Assembly (NCBI RefSeq): GCF_006345805.1
Contig: NC_043022.1
Span: 20,460,001 to 20,524,000, forward strand
Direction: 5' to 3'
Source of the DNA: Octopus sinensis
Taxonomy: Eukaryota
Length of the DNA: 64,000 bases
The notes under the pieces: model-generated
Database searches by the model: none
What the model was told of the DNA's origin: nothing
What the model saw: the letters and a program-made list of their open reading frames with translations, nothing else
Shown here: positions 49,216 to 62,400 of the stretch, one piece after another
Numbering within the stretch: the first letter of the stretch is position 1
Layout of the letters: the number at the start of each line of letters is the position of its first letter
Program-made: the position numbers and the translations under genes

Positions 49216-50508
49216 AGATATTTTTCTTAATATAGTTAACTTTTTTATTAAATGTAAGGGCAACATGCTATGGACATGGTTTGGATTCTTGAAACAGACC
49301 GCGCATCGTTTCCTTGAGTCAGACACGCCATTTTATATTGTTTCAGTGCATTTAGCTGAAACACAGTTGACTATCGTTGTGTACAGTAAATTACACAAAA
49401 TTTAACACAGTGGGTTGAGAAAATAAAGTATCAGTGAAGTACTGGGGCCGGTATAATCGACTTGTACCCCGTATCCTTAAAGTTGCTGGCCTTGTGCAAA
49501 AATTTGAAAGGTGGCGAGTTGGCAGAATTGTTAGTACGTCAGACAAAATAGTTAGCGGTCTTTCTTCCGTCTTCGTGTTCTGAGATCAAATTCCGTCGAG
49601 GTCAACTTCGCCTTTTATCCTGTCGAGATCGATAAAATAAGTACCAGTAAAGTATTGGGATCGATTCAATGGAATTGCCTCCTCTTACCTCTCAAAATTG
49701 TTTGTCATGTACCAAAATTAGAATATTCGTTTCAGTTAGGATATAGGCATTTCCGCCAAAACCCATCTACAAGAGTATAATTTTTAAATAGCGACTTGTT
49801 ACGTCGACGTGTATGAATCATTTGATGGTAGACCCAATGATCTATGATTTTAATTTTGTAGCAAGAACGGGATTTCTTCTCTCAAGGCATACTTTCAAAA
49901 AGTTACTAAACAAAATATTCCTTGGCAGATGTGGAAAAAACATGGCGTACTTTCTTTTTTTTTGTAAAGGGGATTGTATAAAAACATTACAGTTATAAAA
50001 ACGTAACTGGTTTCTTGTGAAAATGCAACTGCCTTCGTCTCGTCGCTGATCACATAAAACTCTTTAATATTTCGTTTTTGGATTCGGTTTGCAATTAAGG
50101 TTACGGGTTTTTAGAAAAACTTCACTATGCCGATTTTTGGCAATTTTCCGGAACCTCCGTATCCAAGAACGGGGATTTTTGGCAAAAAAAATTTAAATAG
50201 ACAAATTTGGGAGAAAATAAATGGGGGGACGGACGAAAGTCTTTCTCATTATTGTTATGAGAAAGAGAGAGAGAGTGAGTGACAGAGAGAGAGAGAATCA
50301 TTGAAATTCTTGACAAAATGCTTCATGGCTTTCTTCTAGCCTTACATTGTGTTCAGATTTTTTAAAATTATGTGAATATTGTTTGGAAATGATTGTTCGG
50401 ATGGAAAACTGTATGAATGAAAATTATTGGAAAGGGCAATTATACAAAATGTTAATTATTCTAAATTTATTTTATTTAAACAAAAATGATTTTAAAAAAT
50501 CAAGATTA

Positions 50509-50741
50509 AGGCGGCGAGCTGGCAGAAACGTTAGTATGCCGGGCGAAATGCGTAGCCGTATGTCGTCTGCTTTACGTTCTCAGTTGAAATTCCGCCGAGG
50601 TCGACTTTGCCTTTCATCCTTTCGGGGTCGATAAATTAATTACCAGCTACGCACTGGAGTCGATGTGATCGACTTAATCCGTTTGTCTGTCCTTGTTTGT
50701 CCCCTCTGTGTTTAGCCCCTTGTGGGCAATAAAGAAACAGA
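50509..50741 (+). mobile_element. SINE family B, full length (others at ~23121-23340 -, ~38594-38785 +, ~42893-43085 +; degenerate cluster ~24270-25300 -)
   Basis: Same family sequence. Confidence 0.82.
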
Positions 50742-50943
50742 TAAAAATCAAGTTCTGAAATGAATTTTGAATAACTGTTTTTTAATCTTTTTTTTTTTTT
50801 TTTCATGATATGGATTTTTCCAGGACTGATTTTTGCCTTTCATGCTTCTAGTATAAATAAAACAAGTCCCTAAATTTCAGGCCATGTGCTTATGTTAGGG
50901 AGGGTTGTTGTTGCTAATTTCTGTCTTTTGCATAAACAGAACA

Positions 50944-51052
50944 ATGTCAAATGGTTGGAAAAAATTATTTCGCTTGAAAACTTTAAGAAAAGAGGACTTA
51001 GAGAGATCTGACCTTGCTCGTGTGTTGAATGTAGCTGATTTGATTTTCCTGA
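50944..51052 (+). CDS. SLC7A-like coding exon 1 (acceptor 4 nt upstream of the ATG implies an unlocated 5' UTR exon)
   Basis: aaacag|[42 protein letters not shown]|gtaagt. Confidence 0.88.
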
Positions 51053-52051
51053 GTAAGTATCTGTGATTCTCTGTCACTGTCTCTCTCTCCGTCACTGTCT
51101 CTCTCTCTTTCTGTCACTGTCTCTCTCTCTCTTTCTGTCACTGTCTCTCTCTCTTTCTGTCACTGTCTCTCTCTCTTTCTGTCACTGTCTCTCTCTCTTT
51201 CTGTCACTGTCTCTCTCTCTTTCTGTCACTGTCTCTCTCTCTTTCTGTCACTGTCTCTCTCTCTTCTGTCACTGTCTCTCTCTCTTTCTGTCAGTGTCTC
51301 TCTCTCTTTCTGTCACTGTCTCTCTCTCTTTCTGTCACTGTCTCTCTCTCTTTCTGTCACTGTCTCTCTCTCTTTCTGTCAGTCTCTCTCTCTCTCTGTC
51401 ACTGTCTCTCTCTCTCTGTCACTGTCTCTCTCTCTGTCTCTGTCTCTCTGTCTCTCTCTCTGTCTCTCTCTCTCTTTCTGTCACTGTCTCTCTCTCACTG
51501 TCTCTCTGTCTCTCTCTCTGTCACTGTCTCTCTGTCACTGTCTCTCTGTCACTGTCTCTCTGTCACTGTCTCTCTGTCACTGTCTCTCTGTCACTGTCTC
51601 TCTGTCACTGTCACTGTCTCTCTGTCACTGTCTCTGTCACTGTCTCTCTGTCACTGTCTCTCTGTCACTGTCTCTCTGTCACTGTCTCTCTGTCACTGTC
51701 ACTGTCTCTCTCACTGTCTCTCTCTCTCTGTCTCTCTCTCTGTCACTGTCACTGTCTCTGTCACTCTCTCTGTCACTGTCTCTCTCTGTCGCTGTCTCTC
51801 TCTCACTCTCTCTCTCTCTCTGTCACTCTCTCTGTCACTGTCTCTCTCTCTGTCACTGTCTCTCTCTCTCTGTCTCTCTCTCTCTCTGTCACTCTCTCTC
51901 TCTCTGTCACTCTCTCTCTCTGTGTCACTTCTCTCTCTCTCTGTCACTGTCTCTCTCTCTCTGTCACTGTCTCTCTCTCTCTGTCACTGTCTCTCTCTCT
52001 CTGTCACTGTCTCTCTCTTTCTCTCTGTCACTGTCTCTCTCTCTGTCACTG

Positions 52052-52091
<40 letters not shown>

Positions 52092-52843
52092 TCTGTCACT
52101 GTCTCTCTGTCACTGTCTCTCTGTCACTGTCTCTCTCTGTCACTGTCTCTCTCTGTCACTGTCTCTCTCTGTCACTGTCTCTCTCTGTCACTGTCTCTCT
52201 CTGTCACTGTCTCTCTCTGTCACTGTCTCTCTCTGTCACTGTCTCTCTCTGTCACTGTCTCTCTCTGTCACTGTCTCTCTGTCTCTCTCTCTCACTGTCT
52301 CTCTCTCTCACTGTCTCTCTCTGTCACTGTCTCTCTCTCACTGTCTCTCTCTGTCACTGTCTCTCTCTATCACTGTCTCTCTGTCACTGTCTCTCTGTCA
52401 CTGTCTCTCTGTCACTGTCTCTCTGTCACTGTCTCTCTGTCACTGTCTCTCTGTCACTGTCTCTCTGTCACTGTCTCTCTGTCACTGTCTCTCTGTCACT
52501 GTCTCTCTGTCACTGTCTCACTGTCACTGTCTCACTGTCTCTCTCTCTCTGTCTCTCTCTCTGTCACTGTCACTGTCTCTGTCACTCTCTCTGTCACTGT
52601 CTCTCTCTGTCGCTCTCTCTCTCTCTGTCACTCTCTCTGTCACTGTCTCTCTCTCTGTCACTGTCTCTCTCTGTCACTCTCTCTCTCTGTCACTCTCTCT
52701 CTCTCTCTCTCTCTCTCTGTCACTCTCTCTCTCTCTGTCACTCTCTCTCTCTCTGTCACTGTCTCTCTCTCTCTGTCACTGTCTCTCTCTCTCTGTCACT
52801 GTCTCTCTCTTTCTCTCTGTCACTGTCTCTATCTCTGTCACTG

Positions 52844-52883
<40 letters not shown>

Positions 52884-53183
52884 TCTGTCACTGTCTCTCT
52901 GTCACTGTCTCTCTCTGTCACTGTCTCTCTCTGTCACTGTCTCTCTCTGTCACTGTCTCTCTCTGTCACTGTCTCTCTCTGTCACTGTCTCTCTCTGTCA
53001 CTGTCTCTCTCTGTCACTGTCTCTCTCTCTCACTGTCTGTCACTGTCTCTCTCTCTCACTGTCTCTCTCTGTCACTGTCTCTCTCTGTCACTGTCTCTCT
53101 CTGTCACTGTCTCTGTCACTCTCTCTGTCACTGTCTCTCTCTCACTCTCTCTCTCACTCTCTCTCTCTCTGTCACTCTCTCTG

Positions 53184-53217
<34 letters not shown>

Positions 53218-53395
53218 ACTCTCTCTCTCTCTCTCTGTCACTCTCTCTCTCTCTCTCTCTGTCACTGTCTCTCTCTCTCTGTCACTGTCTCTCTCTCTCT
53301 GTCACGTCTATCTTCTCTCTGTCATGTCTCTCTCTCTCTCTCTCTCTGTCACTGTCTCTCTCTCTGTCACTGTCTCTCTCTCTCTCTGTCACTGT

Positions 53396-53438
<43 letters not shown>

Positions 53439-56400
53439 CACTGTCTCTCATTCATTCATTCCCAACCTGTAATTTCATTTGATGGTGTAATGAAGTTTTT
53501 TATCTTTTCCTGCTAAAGGTCTTGGCTGCACTGTGGGAGCTGGGGCCTACATCTTAACTGGAAAAATTGCCTTAAGTGTGGCAGGTCCTTCGATTGTTCT
53601 ATCCTTCCTCATAGCTGCTCTTTCTTCATTACTTGCAGGTAAAAACAAAAAAAATCAGTTTTCATGTAACTAAATAATTTAACAGCATTAAGGTATCTTT
53701 CCACCACATCAGGGGTTCTCAGACTGACAAAGCCAGGCCTTACCCACCCACCATCATTTAGTGTCTGCTTTCCATGCTGGCATGGGTTAAATAGTTTGAC
53801 TGGAACTGGTAAGCCTGAGAGTTGCACCAGGCTCCAATCTGTTTTGGCTTTGTTTCTATGGGTGGATGCCCTTCCTAATGCCAACCATTCCAAGAGTGTC
53901 ATGGGTGCTTTTAGTGAAAACTTTAGTCTCTCCCTACATTTTTATTTGACCTTTAAATGTGAAGTGTCCCCTTGCTTGTGCATCCTCTTGCTCACGTGTC
54001 CCCTCACTTGTGTGTCCTCTTGCTCACGTGTCCCCTCACTTGTGTGTCCTCTTGCTCACGTGTCCCCTCACTTGTGTGTCCTCTCGCTCACATGTCCCCT
54101 TGCTTGTGTGTCCCCTCGCTCACATGTCCCCTCGCTCACGCGTCCCCTCACTCACGCGTCCCCTCGCTCACGCGTCCCCTCGCTCACGCGTCCCCTCGCT
54201 CACGCGTCCCCTCGCTCACGCGTCCCCTCGCTCACGCGTCCCCTCGCTCACGCGTCCCCTCGCTCAAGCGTCCCCTCGCTCACGCGTCCCTTTACTCATG
54301 CATACATTTTACAGTCACTGTTTTGTTCTAATGTTTTTCCCTGTCATCATTCCAGCTTGTTGTTATGCGGAATTTGGAGGAAGAATTCCACGCGCAGGCT
54401 CTGCCTATACTTACACTTACATAACTCTTGGTGAATTGTTGGCCTTCATTGTTGGATGGAGTCTCATATTGGAATATGCTATTGGTAAGCTGATTATTTC
54501 TAAAGATTTTCAAGATGGTGAGTGTTTGTGGATTTATGTTTTGTGAGGATTACTTCCATTAGCATTGGTTGATTTTTCTGCATAGATAATCTAATTAGGC
54601 TTAGATAACACTTAGATATTGGTGTTTAGTTTTGGGAGATTCTGTGGCACATATATTTAATACACACACACACACACACACACACACAACCAAAGGGACC
54701 TCGAGATGTCCAATATAAAAAAGAACACAGTAATACTCAAATGATTTGAGCTTAAATTCCAAAATCTAGAAGATACTTGCCCAAGGTGCCACACAGTGGG
54801 ACTGAACCCGGAACCATGTGGTTCGTAAGCAAGCTACTTACCACACAGCCACTCTTACGCCAACATAGTGGCTGTGGGGTAAGTAGTGTGTTAAACAATG
54901 ATGATGGTGGTGTTAATGTTATTGTCATTTTCCTTCCTCTATCTCCAGGTGTCGCCAGTAATGTGAAAGCTTTAACAACCAATTTCGATAGTATGGTTAA
55001 CGGAAATATCTCAGCATATTTAAAATCTGTGCTACCGATGAAGTCCTACATTTTTGGTAGTTACCCTGACTTTCTAGCATTTTCCATTGTAATGCTTTTA
55101 ACACGTAAGTATGACACATTGACATCTTCATTGCTATACACTGTATCTCGGAGTGGTTGGCATTAGGAAGGGAATCCAATTGTAGAAACCTTGCTAAATC
55201 AGACTGGAATCTAATGCAGCCCCTCAGCTGACCAGCTCTGGTCAAATCATCCAACTGTAGAAACCTTGCTAAATCAGACTGGAATCTGGTGCAGCCCCTC
55301 AGCTGACCAGCTCCGGTCAAACCATCCAACCCATACCAGCATGGACAATGGACATATGATGATGTATCATAAATTGCATTACATCATTGTATAGTTACAT
55401 TGGTAATTTTCATTCTAGATTTTTTTGCCATTATCTCTTACTTGTTTTAGCCATTACACTGTTGGGGCACTGCCTTGAAGAGTTTTAGTTGAACAATCTG
55501 ACCCCATTTTTCTTTTTTTAAAGCCTAGTACTTATTTTATTGTTGTCTCTTTTTGCTGAATACCTAAGTTACATGGATGTAAACAAATCAGCATTGGTTG
55601 TCATGCACTGTGGGGAACAAACATACATGCATACAACAGGCTTCTTTCAGTTTCTCTACCAAATGTACTCACGAAGCTTTTCTTGGCTCGGCCATAGTAG
55701 AAAAAATTTGCCCAAGGAGCCATGCCGTCGGACTGAACCCAGAACCATGTGGTTGGGAAAACTTTTTATTGCACAGCCGTGCTTATGCCTATTCCTCCCC
55801 CACCAACCTTTTATGCTTTACTCCATCAATCCATATTTTTTTTATCCCTTCTCTATCTCATGTGGTATCCCTTTTCGAAGTGTTCATGGTGTCATTGAGT
55901 ATCTGATCAACCTTTGCAATTAAAAAAAAAGGGAAAACTTCAAATATAAATAGTGGAAGTATACAAAAATAAAATTTTCCAGATTACTGTTTTGTTTCGT
56001 TTTGAAAAATATATTTTATGGTTTGTTTATATTTGAATTGCATATATATAGAAATGGGTGTGTTATGGATGATTAATTTTGAGGATTTGGTCAATTGGTT
56101 TTGCTATTTAAAAAAAAAAACTTTTCAAATATACATCAAGTGGAAGTATACAAAAATAAACAATACTTTCCATCTTACTGTTAGTTGTTTCATCATCATC
56201 ATCATCATCATCATCATCGTCGTTTAATGTCCGTTTTTCCATGCTAGCATGGGTTGGACGGTTCAACCGGGATCTGGGGAGCCAGGAGGCTGCACCAGGC
56301 TCCAGTCTAATCTGGTAGTGTTTCTACAGCTGGATGCCCTTCCTAATGCCAACCGCTCCATGAGTGTAGTGGGTGCTTTTTACGTGCCAGGGGAGGCTGG

Positions 56401-59400
56401 CAACGTTCATGATCGGTTGGTGCTTTTATGTGTCACCGACACGGACGCCAGTCAGGCGGCGCTGGCATCAACCATGTTCAGACGGTGCTTTTTATGTGCC
56501 TCCGGCACAGGTATCATAACTATAATTTCCATTTGATTTTTACTTTGATGTTGGTGTTCATTTTGAAAAATGAAAATTTATTTCGTGATTTATTACTGTA
56601 AATATTTTTGAATTAAATATATATATATATCATCATCATCATCATTTAGCTTCATCAGGCCCAGTCAAATCTGGCAGTGTTTCTACGGCTGGATGCCCTT
56701 CCTAACGCCAACCACTCCGTGAGTGTAGTGGGTGCTTTTTACGTGCCACCCGCACTGGTGCCAGACAGAGCTGGCAAACGGCCACGAACGGATGGTGCTT
56801 TTTATGTGCCACTGGCACGAGGGCCAGGCGAGGCTGGCAACGGACACGAAACGGGGCGGTGCTGGCAACGGTCGCGAAACGGAAAGTTCTCTTACATGCC
56901 ACCGGCACTGGTAACACATCTGCAATTTCCATTGATCGATTTCGATTCTGATCCTCACTTGCCTCAATGGTTCTTCACAAGCAGAGTTTCGACATGTCAC
57001 CGGCACTGGTAGCACATCCGCAATTTCCATTGATCGATTTCGATTCTGATCCTCACTTGCCAACACGTCTTCACAAGTAGAGTTTTGTGTCCCAAGAAGG
57101 GAAGGTATGCATACGTAGGCTGGCTCCATCCCATGTAGAAGGCCACGGGTTGTGGACTCACTTGTCCTGCCGGGTCTTCTCGCGCACAGCACACTTCCAG
57201 AGGTCTCGGTCTCTAGTCATTTCCTCAGTGAGACCTAAAGTTCGAAGGTCGTGCTTCACCACCTCGTCCCAGGTTTTCCTGGTCTGCCTCTTCCACAGGT
57301 TCCCTCAACCGCTAGGTGTGGCACTTTTTCACACAACTATCTTCATCCATTCTCGCCACATGACCATACCAGCGCAAACGTCTCTCTTGCACACCACAAC
57401 TGATGCTTCTTAGGTCCAGCTTTTCTCTCAAGGTACTTACACTCTGCCGAGTGTGAGTACCGGCATTACACATCCATCGGAGCATACTGGCTTCATTTCT
57501 AGCGAGCTTACGCATATCCTCAGCAGTCACGGGGGGCCCTCAAAATCTTTTAAGTGCTTCGGGCCTCTATGGGTCTTAATCTGGCCCTGCTTGAAATCTA
57601 AATTACAAAGGAATAACAGTTGCAAACAATCATATTGTCTTTCAGTCATTTTGCTTTTTGGGGTGAAGGAATCTGCCATAGTGAACAACGTAGCCACTGG
57701 AATCAATTTATACGTTCTCTGCTTTATCATCATCTGCGGATTCTTTAAAGCTGATTTCAAGAACTGGACTATCAAAAATGAGGTGAATGAGTTGACCTTC
57801 ATTTTTTTAAAATCTTTTTTCTTTTTTTTTTAACTTGTAAAAGGACTTGACTTTTCACCATTGTTGAAGCACCACCATCACCACACCATCGTTCACTACT
57901 ATCATAATATTATTTCATCTCAACTAAAGTTCTGCTTAAACAAGAGATAAAACATGCGCACAGGTACACCATTTTAATGGTGGTGGTGTTGTTTTATTAA
58001 GCAGTTTATGTGACCTGAATTAACTATGGAGACCAATCTCTCTTTTCAGCTCTTGTTCATGCACTCTTTCCAGCACTCTCCTCATCTCTCTCTCTCTCTC
58101 TAGTACTCTCCCACTTGTTTTCTTCAGAACTCTCTCTCCCTCTTGTACACTCACTTGTTTTCTTCAGAACTTTCTCCCCCCATCTCTCTCTCTCTCTCTC
58201 TCTCTCCCCGTCTCTCTCTCTCTCTTTCTAGTACTCTTTCACTTGATTTCTTCAGAACTCTCTCTCCTCGACTCTCTCTCCTCGACTCTCTCTCTCTCTC
58301 TCTCTAGAACTCTCTAACTCTCTCTCCTCTCCTCTCTCTTACTCTCTCACTCTCTCACTTCTTTTCTTCAGAACTCTCTCTCCCTCTCACATTAACCATT
58401 TCTTTTTTTTTTTCTTTTCTCAGATTGCTTCTGCATATTCCGCAGGAAAAGGTGGGTTCTTCCCTTATGGTGTGTCTGGAATGTTCAAAGGAGCAGCCAC
58501 TTGTTTTTATGCTTTTGTTGGGTTCGACACAATTGCCACAACAGGTAAGTAGAGATCTTCAACACAAGTTTCAAATTTTGGCACAAGGCCAGCAGTCTTG
58601 GGGGTGAATGGATTAGTCATTTACACTAACTCCCAGTACATGACTAGTACATGACTAGTATCTTTTCAACCCCAAGAGGATGAAAGGCAGTCAACCTTGG
58701 TGGCATTCGCTCTGCTATAGCTTCAGGCTGACCAAAGCCAGGTGAGTGGATATGGTAGATGGGAATTGAAAAAGCCCATCGTAACTGTGTGTTTGTATGG
58801 ATCATTGGTTAGAACGTTGGGCTCACAATCATGAGGTAGTGAGTTCAATTCCCAGACCAGGCTGTGTGTTGTGTTCTTGAGCAAGACACTTCACATTGCT
58901 CCAGTTCACTCAGGTGTAGAAATGGGTTATGATATCACTGGTGCCAAGCTCTTTCGACTTTTGCCTTTCCCTTGGGTGACATTGGTGGCATGGAGAGGGG
59001 GAGGCTGGTAATGAAAACAATCTTACCCAGACTTGTGCATTGAAGATAACTTTCTTGGTGCAATCTGATGACCACTGTTTGTGTGTTTACGTTCCTGTAA
59101 CTTAGCAGTTCAGCAAAGGAGACCAATAGTATAAGTGCCAAGCTTAAAATAAAATATAAAATTCTGGTATTGAATTCCCTCCCTCCCTCTCTCTCTTTCC
59201 GAGAGGCACTGAGCAGCTATACGCACACACACACACACACACGCAGTAACTCCCGCCTACCAAATTCAATCACAAAGCTTCGGTTGGCTCGGGGCTATAG
59301 TGGAAGACACCTACCCAAAGTGCCACGCTGTGGAACTGAACCCAAAACCATGTAGTTAGGAGGCAAGCTCCCTAACCACACAGCCATGCCTGCGCCTACA

Positions 59401-62400
59401 AAAAATGTATGCACATATACGCAGTGCTATGCATGTGGCAAGCTTTCTACGGCCGGATGCCCTTCCTGATGCCGTTTAACTAAAATTCTTCAAGGCAGTG
59501 CCCCAACATGGCCACATTTTAATCCCTGAAATGAGTAAAAGAAGACACTACAAAATCTCTCGAGCCAACTTGAGACCCCATACAAGATGTTCGGTCACAC
59601 ATAACAATGACAAACGTACCCTAATGAATTCTCTGGTTTATTTTTCAGGTGAGGAGGCACAAAATCCACAAACTACAATTCCACTGAGTATTCTAGTTTC
59701 ACTGCTGATAATCACATTGTTGTATGTAGGGGTTTCTGCTGTGGTGATCCTTATGTGCCCTTACTATCTTGTCGATCCTCTCACACCACTTACCAAAGCC
59801 TTTGAGTATGTTGGTTGGGGCCATTACAATATTATCATCTACATTGGCATTGTGTGTGCCCTGTCTACCAGGTAAGAACAAACTTACTGAAGTATAATCC
59901 CGGACCCAATTAGGTTAACACTGTTTTGAGTAAATCCTAAGATCAGAGTTGCTCAGTTCATCATCATTTAGCGTCTGTTTTCCTTGCTGGCATGGGTTGG
60001 ATGGTTTGACAAGTGCTGCTAAGGGTAGGGAACACAAGGCTCCATTTCCCATTTTAGCATGATTTTTATGGCTGGATGCCCTTCATAATACTAACCACTT
60101 TGCAGAGTGTACAGGGTGCCTTTACGTGGCACCAGCACCCAGTGCCTTTTTACGTGGAACCAGCACCCAGTGCCTTTTTACGTGGCGCCAGCACCCAGTG
60201 CCTTTTGACGTGGCGCCAGCACCCAGTGCCTTTTGACGTGGCGCCAGCACCCAGTGCCTTTTGACGTGGCGCCAGCACCCAGTGCCTTTTGACGTGGCGC
60301 CAGCACCCAGTGCCTTTTGACGTGGCGCCAGCACCCAGTGCCTTTTGACGTGGCGCCAGCACCCAGTGCCTTTTGACGTGGCGCCAGCACCCAGTGCCTT
60401 TTGACGTGGCGCCAGCACCCGGTGCCTTTTGACGTGGCGCCAGCACCCGGTGCCTTTTGACGTGGCGCCAGCACCCGGTGCCTTTTGACGTGGCGCCAGC
60501 ACCCGGTGCCTTTTGACGTGGCGCCAGCACCAGTGCCTTTTCCTTTTGACGTGGCGCCAGCACCCAGTGCCTTTTGACGTGGCGCCAGCACCCGGTGCCT
60601 TTTGACGTGGCGCCAGCACCCGGTGCCTTTTGACGTGGCGCCAGCACCCGGTGCCTTTTGACGTGGCGCCAGCACCCGGTGCCTTTTGACGTGGCGCCAG
60701 CACCCGGTGCCTTTTGACGTGGCGCCAGCACGCAGTGCCTTTTGACGTGGCGCCAGCACCCGTGCCTTTTGACGTGGCGCCAGCACCCGGTTTTTTGCCT
60801 TTTGACGTGGCGCCAGCACCCGTGCCTTTTGACCGTGGCGCCAGCACCCGGTTTTTTTTGCCTTTTGACGTGGCGCCAGCACCCAGTGCCTTTTGACGTG
60901 GCGCCAGCACCCGGTGCCTTTTGACGTGGCGCCAGCACCCGGTGCTTTTGACGTGGCGCCAGCACCCAGTGCCTTTTGGCGTGGCGCCAGCACCCAGTGC
61001 CTTTTGGCGTGGCGCCAGCACCCGGTGCCTTTTGACGTGGCGCCAGCACGCAGTGCCTTTTGGCGTGGCGCCAGCACGCAGTGCCTTTTGACGTGGCGCC
61101 AGCACGCAGTGCCTTTTGACGTGGCGCCAGCACGCAGTGCCTTTTGGACGTGGCGCCAGCACGCAGTGCCTTTTGGCGTGGCGCCAGCACGCAGTGCCTT
61201 TTGGCGTGGAGCCAGCACGCAGTGCCTTTTGACGTGGAGCCAGCACGCAGTGCCTTTTGACGTGGAGCCAGCACCCAGTGCCTTTTTGTGGCGCCAGCAC
61301 CTTTCCATGGGGTCTCCCTCTTCCACGAGTTCCTTATAATTCATGTACACCAGTGTTTATTAACCTTTTCTTGGTCCAGCTCCCTCTTTTGGTACCAGAG
61401 ATTTGTGCGTTTGAACTGCTTGGAGAGTCCATCTAGTTGGAACTCCCACTAAGTCAATGTAAATGAACCACATCGAGTTGAAGTCTCCAAGCAGTGAAAA
61501 TGGACAGGTCTCTGAAGACCTGATGATGATTATCGTCAATGTGGCATCACCGTGCCGGTGGCACGTAAAAAGCACCATCCGATCATGGCCGTTTGCCAGC
61601 CTCATCTGGCACCTGTGCCGGTGGCACGTAAAAAGCACCCACTACACTCATGGAGTGGTTGGCGTTAGGAAGGGCATCCAGCTGTAGAAACATTGCCAGA
61701 TCAGATTGGAGCCTGGTGCAACCTTCTGGCTTCCCAGACCCCAGTTGAACCATCCAACCCATGCCAGCATGGAAAACAGATGCTAAACGATGATGATGAT
61801 GAGGAGGATGATGTGACTGGTACTTTTTATTGAACCCCAAAGGATGAAAAGTAAGGTCGCCCGTATTGGGGTTTGAACTCTTTTAAATGAAATTAAATTA
61901 ACAGCTAATACATGAGTATTCTATTATACAGCGTTGTAGCTAAAAGGGGAGCAAGGAGAGTTTCAAACCTGACAGTCCTCAACAAAAGATAGATTGGTAT
62001 ATAACCCTACTTTCCACAGTTAAGGATAAAGAAATTTTGAGCAGATATCTTATTTGCTCAGTAAGAGGATTAACCCTTTAGTGTTTAAACAGGCCAAATC
62101 CAGCCCAATATATTCTACATATTTTATATTCAAACTGGCCATATCTAGCCTCTCACACCTAACCTACATTGACATTCTAAGAATAAACAATCACATCATT
62201 GAAACCTCAAAGCTATAAGGTAATGCATGATTAATTCAAAACAATCTGAGTGAAAAAGTCTTACATTTAATAGAGAAATTTGAACACTAAAGGGTTAAAG
62301 ATGGAAAGGAAACCTCAATAATCCCTTTTGATAATTGCTATTCCCATTTTGTCATGTTTCTACCATTCAGTCTTCTGATGTTGCTTTCTTATTTTCAGTA

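Noticed and set aside
49740-50250. Relatively CpG-rich unique sequence as the SLC7A promoter or 5' UTR exon
   Set aside because: Plausible, but I could not fix a TSS or donor from sequence alone
51063-53516. 817-aa and 516-aa ORFs
   Set aside because: Stop-free translation of the CT satellite (S/L/C/H/V/T only), lying within an SLC7A intron
53796-54546. 212- and 195-aa ORFs
   Set aside because: 16-bp minisatellite read-through; only 54356-54484 is a real exon
60122-61350. 374-392-aa ORFs in three minus frames; possible CRISPR array
   Set aside because: A 28-bp tandem unit without stops gives a 28-aa periodic translation; there are no unique spacers or cas genes, and the context is eukaryotic
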